Source: a virus
Lineage: Duplodnaviria > Caudoviricetes
IMG/VR virus record: IMGVR_UViG_3300047157_000003
Location: 1 to 55,718 of that record
Direction: 5' to 3' (one strand)
DNA length: 55,718 nt
Shown here: in pieces, positions 9,190 through 18,274 of the stretch
Position numbering within the stretch: position 1 is the stretch's first letter
Layout of the letters: every line of letters begins with the position of its first letter
The notes under the pieces: generated by a model
Databases searched by the model: none
What the model was told of the DNA's origin: nothing
What the model saw: only the letters and a program-made list of their open reading frames with translations
Made by a program: the position numbers and the translations under genes

Positions 9190-9974
9190 TGATCTGCTCC
9201 CCAACAAGTTTCCCTAAACTCACAAAACTTACAAAGAAAGAAATCTTTGGTGTGAGCAATACGAGGTAGAATGTCACCTGCTTTTGCCGCAGTCAAGATA
9301 TTCACTGCCTTGTCGCTTGCCTCTTGAGCCAACTTCTTATTGTAAGGTACAAGCTCATAGTATATTTCAGACGTGTTTTTATTAATAACAGTAAACAAAG
9401 CAGGATGCTCATAAAGCTCCATATAAGTCTGGTATAGTGCAAGTTGAGTAGCATACACTGGATTTGCCTTAGCTACACCATGACGAACAAACGCCTTAAA
9501 TTTATTATCATTTGCTGACTTACATTCCCAAAGAGCAGGGTAGCCCATTTCAACAGGACCATCACAAATTACGCCATCTATATGACCGCGAATCTCTCCA
9601 TCCGCTATAGAAAACCCAAACTGCTTTCCATCTTTGTGTTCTGTACGCAAATCAAATCCTGCATCTCGCAACCATTTTGACGCATATTCTTCTATCTCAT
9701 GACCGAACTGAAAGATACGCAAAGTTCTTGCGCTAAATGCTTTGTCCGCATCAATCGTGTAGTTTAAATAACGATATTGTATTTTACGCTGACATTCATC
9801 ACCAATGCTTGACGCACCGATATACTTGCGTCTCTCCCTTTTTTCTTCATTCGCAACAATCGCATCATCTACGACCTTAGTAATACTATCTGCTACAGGA
9901 TTTTCATTAGAATGGGATTGAAGTAGAAGGCCAAGCGCCTGTTGACTTATAGTAGATTTCTTCGAGTTTCCCAA
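9186..9974 (-). CDS. Cas4-like PD-(D/E)XK exonuclease
   Basis: 'YIGASSIGDECQRK', 'GHIDG', 'ECKS', 'QLALY', C-terminal C..C.F...C; start uncertain. Confidence 0.8.
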   Translation of the reverse strand: MGNSKKSTISQQALGLLLQSHSNENPVADSITKVVDDAIVANEEKRERRKYIGASSIGDECQRKIQYRYLNYTIDADKAFSARTLRIFQFGHEIEEYASKWLRDAGFDLRTEHKDGKQFGFSIADGEIRGHIDGVICDGPVEMGYPALWECKSANDNKFKAFVRHGVAKANPVYATQLALYQTYMELYEHPALFTVINKNTSEIYYELVPYNKKLAQEASDKAVNILTAAKAGDILPRIAHTKDFFLCKFCEFRETCWGADQ

Positions 9975-10143
9975 TGTTTATCTCCTTAGTTAGCGGTGTT
10001 GATTCCTGTATTGCAAATATTAGTGTTTGTACTTCTTCTTCTGTGAGGTCACAAAACCTCTTATCCCAACCATACTTACCTAATACGAACGCCAACTCTT
10101 TCATTGGCGGTAGTGCTGTTGGTGCATTACTTGCTGCTGTCAA
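9907..10143 (-). CDS. Hypothetical protein (DUF6511-like)
   Basis: 'GWDKRFCDLTEEEV..LI' motif; position between helicase and nuclease. Confidence 0.5.
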   Translation of the reverse strand: MTAASNAPTALPPMKELAFVLGKYGWDKRFCDLTEEEVQTLIFAIQESTPLTKEINIGKLEEIYYKSTGAWPSTSIPF

Positions 10144-10445
10144 TGTACTGTCTCCTCATTTAAGTCGAACAAATCTATGACATCATCAATGTCATCAGGA
10201 TTTATTTCGCTGTTTCTAAACCCAATGTTTATAACTTCTTCACCTTTAACTCTGATACTTGCGGTACCAAACAGGACAATACTCTTGGCCTCTTCAATGT
10301 GATCGTTGATTTTTTCATTCGCAGAAGCTTTTATTTCTTCAATATTGCTTGAGTCTTTAACCCAACAAATCATTTCGTATTCACAAGTTTCAACTTTATC
10401 GTCTTCTTTTTCAGCAAGCATAAGATACATTTCAAATCTCGGCAT
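10140..10445 (-). CDS. Acidic hypothetical protein
   Basis: ORF coupled to neighbours. Confidence 0.6.
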   Translation of the reverse strand: MPRFEMYLMLAEKEDDKVETCEYEMICWVKDSSNIEEIKASANEKINDHIEEAKSIVLFGTASIRVKGEEVINIGFRNSEINPDDIDDVIDLFDLNEETVH

Positions 10446-12129
10446 CTATTCAGTCCCTGTTAATTTTTTAACTTGTTCTGAAATTATCTTATCAATCTTT
10501 TGCTTGTTCCAATAGTACCCTAAGCAACAACCTGCCTTATACTTTGTCCAAGAGAAATCAATCGCACTGATTTGTACGCCATTTTTGCGTAAATGTTCTT
10601 TCTGTTTGTCAGTAGCTGCTTGGTTTAACCAACGCTTAGTTTTATTAGCCGCGTTGCTGTCTTCGATCTCACGAAGGAAATCGTCGCCTGCCGCCATCGC
10701 TTGTACCTTCTCACCGATAGAAACCACTCTAGGACGCCCATTCTGCGCCTTCACGATAGCTATCCAGTATTCTCCGATATTACCCACCAAAGTAAACCCA
10801 CTGAAGCCCATAGCCATCATAGCGTTTCCGTTACCAAATGGATCAATCCACATAAACGGAGACAACTTCATCAAGTCATACTCAGTCATAACAAAGCTAT
10901 CTAATGCTTCTTTAACTTTTTTCTGGAACTCATGCTCACAGATAGGACATATGCGCGTATTTGCAGATACTTCACTTCCGCAATCAGGACATATCTTGGT
11001 AGGTGCTTCACCGCCCTCAGTCTTGTGCGCGCCATCTAAGTTAGCTGTTTCGTCCAACCCACCATGCGTAATGATAGATGTTCCAAAATCCATAACAATA
11101 CAGTCTGTTTTAACAATATTTGGATATAGCTCTGGATCAAGTATTCTTAGACCCCTGCCTATCATCTGAACCATTGTGCCTTTTTGCGAGCATGGCCTAG
11201 TTAAGATAACGCAAGATACTGGTGGGGCATCAAACCCTTCTGTCAGCACGGCAACGTTTACGATTACTTGTAAGTCGCCAAACTCCAAATCATGTAGCAT
11301 CTGTGCGCGTTCGTCTTTGTCTGTCTCTCCAGTAACAAAGTTTGCCTTTATTCCAGAGTTTACAAAAGAATCGCAAACATGTTCGGCATGTGAAACTGTA
11401 GAGCAAAACACAACAGTTTTTCTTCCAGATGCTTTTGCTTTCCACTCAGATACAATCCTATCATTAATCACCTGTCGATCCATGATAGCCGCAACTTCTT
11501 CCATATCGTATTCTTTGCCGCGCTTAGTTACGTTATCAAGTTGCTCACCAACGCCAAGATCAATCACGAATGATTTAGGACGCACTAAAAATCCTTCACG
11601 AATTAAAGTTGCTAATTCAATCTGATGTGCGCAATTATTGAATACAGACCGCAAACCTTTGCCATCGCCACGGTTTGGCGTAGCTGTAAAGCCCACGATC
11701 TCTGCGCTGTCATTGTCTTCAAGAACAGCGTTAATAACTTTCATGTAAGTTGGTGCGGCTGCATGGTGGCCTTCATCAACTACAACCATATCAAACATTG
11801 GGCGATCTCGTAAGGTTTCTGTCCCTCGACATTGTTTGAACCATTGAGAACACGGCTTCGCCATCCCAATGTTTAACGGTGCCATTAACAATGCTTGTTG
11901 TAATATACGGATTGACCTTCTCAAATTTCGCTTTGTTTTGCGAAACGAGTTCGTCACGATGCTGTATTACTAAAATTCTTCTGCCTTTTTCATGTCTCTT
12001 ACCAACCAAAGCAGAAAGCATAATTGTTTTGCCTGCTCCTGTAGGAGCGACGATTAGGGTATTACCGTGTTTGTCTAATGCGTTACACGCGTCAGAAACG
12101 GCTACCTCTTGGTAAGGACGTAATATCAT
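10446..12129 (-). CDS. SF2 DEAD/DEAH-box helicase with Zn ribbon (one apparent frameshift near 11812)
   Basis: 'LRPYQ' and 'APTGAGKT' in 11791..12129; 'DEGHH', 'TATP', 'QMIGRGLR', CPDC/CPIC in 10446..11957. Confidence 0.85.
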
Positions 12130-12154
12130 AATAAACCTATTTGCTAGAATAGTT

Positions 12155-12220
12155 GGGGGGATTGTGGCGCACGGCCCCCCTGTCCGTGTTCTAGCGGGTG
12201 CAGATAGACCCTGCCACTAG
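12155..12220 (-). promoter_or_regulatory. Hairpin plus H-type pseudoknot in the helicase leader
   Basis: RNA CACGG-ACA-GGGGGG-CCGUG-(9 nt)-CCCCCC; upstream CUAGUGG/CCGCUAG hairpin. Confidence 0.45.
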
Positions 12221-12221
12221 A

Positions 12222-12836
12222 TTAACTTTGCGCCCAAGAAGGTACTGCACCAGTTGGTTGCGGACTTGCCGCTTGTGGTGCTGTGTTGGCAACAGGCGCT
12301 GAACCCTGCTGTGCCACTCCTTGAGTAAAGAACTCTCTGTTATCGGGTGTTAGTGCCGCCATAAGCTGATTGCTATCGGCGTAACCATTAGTACCCTTCT
12401 TGATACCGATTTTCGCACAAATTTCCAATGTATTCAAGTCTGCCATACCTGTAATGTTTCGGTTTTGCTGTGCTTGTGGTGTCATATCAGATGGTAAGAT
12501 ACCTCTCGCGCTCTCAACAATACTCTTTAATGTGCGCAAACCAATTTCTTTTGCCAATGGCATACCACTTTGACCTAGCTTATCGCCATCAACGAATACG
12601 CTGTGCCAAAACTTTCTGCGGTCATACTCGCCACCGATAATAGTAAATTCAAGGTTCATCCACTTTGCAGATGTACTTGCAGACTTTTTAAACCAAGCCC
12701 CTTGTCCAAACTCAGGGATTTCAATGTCGCCCGGCTGTACTAATACAATCGCACGAACCACTGCTCCTTTTGGGATAAGTGTGAATTCTTGGTTTTGTGG
12801 GTTTTCGTCTTGTGGAACGTTATTTAAATTAAGCAT
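12222..12836 (-). CDS. Putative single-stranded DNA-binding protein (DUF669-like)
   Basis: 'LIPKG...LEFTIIGGEY..RKFW', flexible C-terminal tail ending PSW; downstream of AAA_24 ATPase. Confidence 0.65.
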   Translation of the reverse strand: MLNLNNVPQDENPQNQEFTLIPKGAVVRAIVLVQPGDIEIPEFGQGAWFKKSASTSAKWMNLEFTIIGGEYDRRKFWHSVFVDGDKLGQSGMPLAKEIGLRTLKSIVESARGILPSDMTPQAQQNRNITGMADLNTLEICAKIGIKKGTNGYADSNQLMAALTPDNREFFTQGVAQQGSAPVANTAPQAASPQPTGAVPSWAQS

Positions 12837-13699
12837 TATGCTTCTCCTTCGCTAGAGTTTTGTGTTGTTGGATCAACAAAGATTAATTCTTTGTCAGTTT
12901 TGTGACCACCGCTACTCATTTTATCCATGAGTTTTCCTAAGTGTGGCTCTTCAATTACATCAAGCCTACCAGAGCGATCCTTTGCAGGATAGCCCCATTC
13001 ATTTAAAGGCTGACATACAAATGCACGATACTGTCCATGATCACCTGTCAAGATAGACATAGTGATAACTTCGTCAACAATTCCGGGCAATTCTCTTCCA
13101 GTTTTACTACCTTCAATTTGAAGATGGTACTGTTTTCTTCCGTAATCATCTGTGACTTCATCAAGAATACCTACAAACACAACGTTCTTAGAGCGAATGT
13201 GCTGTATGTGAGTAAGCCAAGACATCATTTCACGACCATGTAAACCATACGCGGCTCGTGTATCTAATTTACCAGAACGTTCTGATCTGACTTCTGGTTG
13301 TTGCAAACACCATTGAAAACAAAGACGACCTGCAACAGTAATCGAATCTACAAATAGAGTGTCATACTTCTGCCAAACGTCAGCGCCATCGCCATACATC
13401 TGCTCAACATAGTTATAATGTGATTCGCTGTAAGGCTGATCTTCTGCCAATGATGGGTTAGGACCACCTAAGAAACACGCTAAATCACGACATTCTGCCC
13501 AAGTTCGCGGACGAACAACATCAATAGCGCAACCTTCAATAGCTGCATCCCCTGCTTCTAAATCCATAAACAATGTTGTGTTAGGATTAAGTGTACGAGC
13601 AAGTGTAGTTTTACCTACACCGCTTGCACCACATACTACGATCTTGTGACCCTTCTTTTCGGCAAGTCTCTGATCGGCTGTAATAATTTGTAAAGCCAT
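12836..13699 (-). CDS. AAA_24 / Sak4-like ATPase (ssDNA annealing)
   Basis: Walker A 'GASGVGKT', 'DLEAG', 'VDSIT', 'AKDRSG'. Confidence 0.8.
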   Translation of the reverse strand: MALQIITADQRLAEKKGHKIVVCGASGVGKTTLARTLNPNTTLFMDLEAGDAAIEGCAIDVVRPRTWAECRDLACFLGGPNPSLAEDQPYSESHYNYVEQMYGDGADVWQKYDTLFVDSITVAGRLCFQWCLQQPEVRSERSGKLDTRAAYGLHGREMMSWLTHIQHIRSKNVVFVGILDEVTDDYGRKQYHLQIEGSKTGRELPGIVDEVITMSILTGDHGQYRAFVCQPLNEWGYPAKDRSGRLDVIEEPHLGKLMDKMSSGGHKTDKELIFVDPTTQNSSEGEA

Positions 13700-13700
13700 A

Positions 13701-14099
13701 TTATGTATCCAATTCTACTGTGAAGCGACCAACTTCTGTTGTGCGGCATTCTTCAAGAACGCTTCTGATTGCAGGTGGAGCGTTTGTAAATTTACGCTCT
13801 TCTACGGCAAAGGTCAGCTTACCATAGTGCCTTGCGTCTTCATCAGACAAAGTGCCTAATGCCTCACGCAACGAATCTTGATCCCAAGATACTTTTTTAG
13901 TGACAACTGCTTTTATCTTACGATTGCCATCTACTATACTTGTAGTGCCAAAATCTTTGCCTTCAGCGTTTAATGCGGCTGTAGCGCGAGATAAGTAAGT
14001 GTCTTTTAAATCTTGCTCAACGTCCTTCAAATCACCACGCAACTTATCTATAGCTGCCTTTAGTTCATCTCGGAGTTCGAATAATTCACGACTTTGCAT
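13701..14099 (-). CDS. Hypothetical coiled-coil protein of the recombination module
   Basis: AAAGGA RBS before ATG at 14099. Confidence 0.65.
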   Translation of the reverse strand: MQSRELFELRDELKAAIDKLRGDLKDVEQDLKDTYLSRATAALNAEGKDFGTTSIVDGNRKIKAVVTKKVSWDQDSLREALGTLSDEDARHYGKLTFAVEERKFTNAPPAIRSVLEECRTTEVGRFTVELDT

Positions 14100-14119
14100 G
14101 TCGAATCCTTTCTGCTTGT

Positions 14120-14240
14120 TACTAGAGTCCCAACTATAAGCATATAGCATGGGTTCGTGTCAAGAACTTTTTTAAACATAATTTTTTTTATGTTGAGTAT
14201 TGACATCCCATACTATATGGTATATAGTGGGATTATCAAA
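14120..14240. promoter_or_regulatory. Divergent sigma70-like promoters
   Basis: Minus: TTGACA (14163-14158)...TATAGT; plus: TTGACA (14200)...TATATA followed by GTGGGATTAT. Confidence 0.55.
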
Positions 14241-14254
14241 TACAGGACATTAAA

Positions 14255-14563
14255 ATGAAAACAATAAATAAACTTAAAGAAATTTGCGATCCTCACGGCG
14301 TAATAATTGAAGCTTATAATGCTTACACTTATCCAGATGTCAGAATTGGCAATCATTGGAGCGTCGTGTTTTACGCTCCAAAAGGTAAAGGATTTATGTC
14401 TTCTGGATTATCTTGTGTAGGCTATGGGGATAAATCAATTGTTTCGGCTGTTAAGTATATAAAAGAAGAAATTGCAGGGGGCTTTTTCGACCTAGAGTCA
14501 GACGATGATTTTTATGATGGAATTGGCATACCTGTATCGCACGATTTTACTATAATGAAATAA
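14255..14563 (+). CDS. Hypothetical protein
   Basis: Isolated plus-strand ORF with own promoter and CAGGA RBS. Confidence 0.6.
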   Translation: MKTINKLKEICDPHGVIIEAYNAYTYPDVRIGNHWSVVFYAPKGKGFMSSGLSCVGYGDKSIVSAVKYIKEEIAGGFFDLESDDDFYDGIGIPVSHDFTIMK

Positions 14564-14565
14564 TA

Positions 14566-14958
14566 TTAAACAGGAGGGGGTTTAGCGCCCCCTTTTTTCG
14601 ACAATAGAATATCTATACCTAAACAGGCTTTCATAAGCTTTTTTTTCAGCTTAAATTCTGGCGTCTCAACGCCTTTAGCGTCATCAACAATGTAATGCCA
14701 TACACCGTCTTTGTCTTCTCGCTCGTAGCAGAAATCAGCAATGTAGGCACATATCTTTTGGTCATTAACCATCAAGTTAAATCGAACCTGCAACTCTAAA
14801 TCTCTTATAGTTCCTGCGCGTTCTAATGACTTTAAGTAAAGGTATCGCTCACCTTCCCATTTGGAATCAAACTTAATACCTTGTATGGTAACTTTTTTAT
14901 TTCCATATTTGGGTCTTGACCCACGCCGCTTGGGATTATATACATTAGGGAAAGTCAT
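14566..14958 (-). CDS. DUF1064 family putative endonuclease
   Basis: 'KYGNKK....GIKFDSKWE', 'YIADF.Y', 'DAKG..T.EF.LKKKL'. Confidence 0.85.
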   Translation of the reverse strand: MTFPNVYNPKRRGSRPKYGNKKVTIQGIKFDSKWEGERYLYLKSLERAGTIRDLELQVRFNLMVNDQKICAYIADFCYEREDKDGVWHYIVDDAKGVETPEFKLKKKLMKACLGIDILLSKKGGAKPPPV

Positions 14959-14976
14959 TTATGGGAAGGAACCTCC

Positions 14977-15207
14977 ATGCCAAACCCCGGAAAATATAAG
15001 TCCGTAGGTGTTTCTATTGAAGCATACGATAAACTGGTTATCATTGCTGAAAGCGAAGATCGCGCTATTGGGCGACAACTTGCGCGTATGATAGATGAAA
15101 CATTCGAACAAATTAATGCTCGTGTCAATACCAAGCGACAAGTGCCAAATAGTTTTGGAACAGTTGGTCTAGGTGGTCTGTCTTCAGTCTCCGTTATAGA
15201 AGACTAA
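14977..15207 (+). CDS. Ribbon-helix-helix (Arc-like) regulator
   Basis: 'KYKSVGVSIEAYDKL...AESEDRAIGRQL'. Confidence 0.6.
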   Translation: MPNPGKYKSVGVSIEAYDKLVIIAESEDRAIGRQLARMIDETFEQINARVNTKRQVPNSFGTVGLGGLSSVSVIED

Positions 15208-18200
15208 AGAAGATCAGCATTACCTAAGCCACCTAACAGAGTAGCTGCCGCCGCAGGGCTTTGTCTTGCGCGATCTCTAAGTTCTTGATTAACATTAGAA
15301 CGAAGAACATCAATTATTCCAGCAGGTCTTGAAGGCATTCTTCTTGGTGCAGCCTCTGGTATTGAAACTCTAGGCATATTAGGCTGACTTACTTCTGGAA
15401 TAGAAGTTAATCCTGTGCTTGGAGAAGCATCAGTTTCTTGCCTAAACAATGCGCGAGGTAATACATTTTTACTTGCTCTACCAAGTTGACCAGTTAAGGC
15501 AGCAGTTCCACGAGCCGCACCTCCTAATTTACCAGCCATAGAATTTACATTTATACCTTCGTCTAGCATTGCTTTATTTAAAATACTTGCCATTCCTTGG
15601 GCGCGTGCTTGAGGGTTATTAAGTGTAGCTCTTCTCATATCTATATAAAGTTTAACTGTTTCTGGCCTGCTAAATATTCCAGCAAATACTTTAAATTTAC
15701 CTAGTCTCCCCAATACATTAACTGGATGAGAAAATATTTGCGCCCACATACCACCTGCGGCTATGGAGCCTTCTTTGCTTACATCTCCAACAGTAGCTAA
15801 GTCATCTCCAAAATTCTTCATAGCTGTAAAAGTATCATCACCTAAAATTTGCTTTAAAGAACCAGCTTTGTATTTTTCTAAAGTTTGTTTTAAAGATTTT
15901 GCGTTTGCAGCGCTTTCAAATACATTGCTGTCAACAGAGCTTAAAACATCTTCTATAACTACGTTTTTCATATTTTGTTGCATTTGAGGGTTATTATCAA
16001 AAAACTTCATTATTTGACGAGTTTCACTTTCGGTCAATGAAGGTTTTGTTAAAGCCCTAACCACATCGTCATAACTTGCAGATTTGTTCGGGTTATTTAA
16101 ATCTTTAATTACGCTAGTTGTAAGAGCTTCAGCTTGTTCTTTATTTGCCTTAACAACATTTTCTAAAGAAATAATAAGGTCTTTTGAACCACCTGCGCTC
16201 ATCACTCTTTGAACATCATCAAGACTTAGCGTGTCTTTCATGCTAGTTTGAGACATAACTTTTGCAAGTTTTTTAACTTCGCCCCATTTTCCGCCAAACA
16301 ATTTAGGTCCAGTTGTTCCTAATTTCATAATGTTATTTGAAAATACTTTTCCATTAAAGGATTGAGGGTTTATTGAATCAAATTTAGAATCTGACAAAGC
16401 TCTATTTATATAGCTGCTTGATAATTCTTCCATAAGTTCTTTTGGATTATCTACAGCATTTAAGACAGCTTGCAATCTCTCAGGAGAATCTGGCCTTACA
16501 ACTTTAGTAAAAAATTGATCAGAAATTGCACGAGGGCTAGTGTCTCCAAAAGCTTTTAGGTCTTGTATAGATCGAATAACTCCAAGATTAGACAAGTCTT
16601 CAAAACGACTAATACCTTTTCTGTAGTCATCATTGGCTAATTTTCGTAATTTTGCAGCTTGACCTAATATATTTAAATCGTCTTCGCTTAAACGCCCAGT
16701 AAGATTGCTTAAAATGTCATCTTTATCTAGCATATTATCAAGAAGACCCTTTAGGCTATTTAATTGCCTTGTGCCTTGCGTACCAGCTCCAAACATTAAA
16801 CTGTCATTAACGTGCTTTCTAAGGGATACAAGGTTTCTAAAACTTGCCTTACCTCCTTGATCAGTTAATTCTTTTAATGAGTTGTATGCAAGACCTACAG
16901 AGCCTTCTAAAAGAGAAGTCCCGTGATCTTCAATCATATCATCAAATTTATTCATAAGGCCGCGAGTGTCAAAAAGCTTTAACTTACCGCCTTCTTTCAT
17001 TACTTGTTTTCCATTTATTTCTACTGGAACTTTAATTTGAGCTAAAGCATCATCAATAGCCCCATAACTTGATCTTGATACATCATCAAAAACATTAAAT
17101 GATTTAACTATACTGCCAAGAGTTTTAGCATTTAAATCAATACGATCATTAGAAGATTTAGCCAAAAGTTTAAAACCAGTGTCTATAGCTTTAAACGCTT
17201 CGTCGTTAGCTGATTTTACATTAGATTTTAATTTTGAAAATTGTTTTGGAGAGTACCATTTGACTGCTTTACCTAATTCTTCAGTAGGATCACCATTTAT
17301 CATTGACATAAAAGACTTTTTTTCTTCCAAAGCTACTGATAAATTTTTGTCCATTCTTGCAGTATTTTTAGTTGCATTTTCAGCAAATTTTTGTCCATAC
17401 GCTATAGGTCTTGGAGCGCCTAATGACTCCATAGATTGAACATAACCCTTACCATATAATCTTTCAGCTTGATTTAAAGTTGCTTCTGTAACTTCATCCA
17501 TTGCAGTTGCCGAACCGCCAACACGACCAGCTATATTTTTTCCTGCATTAATAGTGCCACGACCTATAGACGCAAGAACTGCTCCTGCAACTTCACCACC
17601 AGCACCAATAACACCTTCTATTGCTACATCTGTAGCCACTTCACCAAGACTTTGAGTTTGCACGCCAAGCAAAGCCTCAATAGCTTCTTCTACAGCTTGA
17701 CCCGCAGCCGCCCCTGCTCCAGCTCCAGCAATTGAACCAATGCCAAAAGTTAATCCACCTCCAGCAATAGCACCACCAATAGAGCCTATAGTTTCTGGAA
17801 GAATACCTGTTAAATCGGCAAGATCACGAAAGCTAAATCCTTCATCTTCAATAATAAGGTTTTTGCCAATTGGGTCTATACCACGAGCTTTTTGTCCTGC
17901 TTCAGTTAAAGCTAAACGACCAGATTGATCTCTTACATATCCATCTTCACCAACAATATTTTTTAATATTGCTTCACGATCACCATCAGTCTCTCCAAAT
18001 GACATTAATGCACGAAGCTTGCCATCAGCACCAGATGTATAGTCAAAAGACTCACGATCACGCCCAAGACTATCATCAACCATTTGACTTAAATCTTTAC
18101 CTGTATTTAAACTTGAAAAAGCTAACGAACCTATTAAGTCAGCTACTTTTTCATTAGGATCATTGTTTTTTATAGACTGTAAGGCATTGTACGCCTGTCT

Positions 18201-18260
18201 TTCTGAAAATGATCCAGATTTTATACCTTGAAGCAATGTAAATCTTGAACGCTCATCCAT
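15204..18260 (-). CDS. Large internal virion/DNA ejection protein
   Basis: 1018 aa, helical, Gly/Ala-rich hydrophobic segment; last gene of late block. Confidence 0.6.
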   Translation of the reverse strand: MDERSRFTLLQGIKSGSFSERQAYNALQSIKNNDPNEKVADLIGSLAFSSLNTGKDLSQMVDDSLGRDRESFDYTSGADGKLRALMSFGETDGDREAILKNIVGEDGYVRDQSGRLALTEAGQKARGIDPIGKNLIIEDEGFSFRDLADLTGILPETIGSIGGAIAGGGLTFGIGSIAGAGAGAAAGQAVEEAIEALLGVQTQSLGEVATDVAIEGVIGAGGEVAGAVLASIGRGTINAGKNIAGRVGGSATAMDEVTEATLNQAERLYGKGYVQSMESLGAPRPIAYGQKFAENATKNTARMDKNLSVALEEKKSFMSMINGDPTEELGKAVKWYSPKQFSKLKSNVKSANDEAFKAIDTGFKLLAKSSNDRIDLNAKTLGSIVKSFNVFDDVSRSSYGAIDDALAQIKVPVEINGKQVMKEGGKLKLFDTRGLMNKFDDMIEDHGTSLLEGSVGLAYNSLKELTDQGGKASFRNLVSLRKHVNDSLMFGAGTQGTRQLNSLKGLLDNMLDKDDILSNLTGRLSEDDLNILGQAAKLRKLANDDYRKGISRFEDLSNLGVIRSIQDLKAFGDTSPRAISDQFFTKVVRPDSPERLQAVLNAVDNPKELMEELSSSYINRALSDSKFDSINPQSFNGKVFSNNIMKLGTTGPKLFGGKWGEVKKLAKVMSQTSMKDTLSLDDVQRVMSAGGSKDLIISLENVVKANKEQAEALTTSVIKDLNNPNKSASYDDVVRALTKPSLTESETRQIMKFFDNNPQMQQNMKNVVIEDVLSSVDSNVFESAANAKSLKQTLEKYKAGSLKQILGDDTFTAMKNFGDDLATVGDVSKEGSIAAGGMWAQIFSHPVNVLGRLGKFKVFAGIFSRPETVKLYIDMRRATLNNPQARAQGMASILNKAMLDEGINVNSMAGKLGGAARGTAALTGQLGRASKNVLPRALFRQETDASPSTGLTSIPEVSQPNMPRVSIPEAAPRRMPSRPAGIIDVLRSNVNQELRDRARQSPAAAATLLGGLGNADLL

Positions 18261-18274
18261 TTTTGTAACCTTTA

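Noticed and set aside
9186-9974. Cas4 as part of a CRISPR-Cas system
   Set aside because: Solo Cas4-like exonuclease in a standard phage recombination module; no cas1/cas2 or array
11791-11957. Helicase split as a programmed frameshift
   Set aside because: A single extra base with no slippery heptamer; same error pattern as elsewhere
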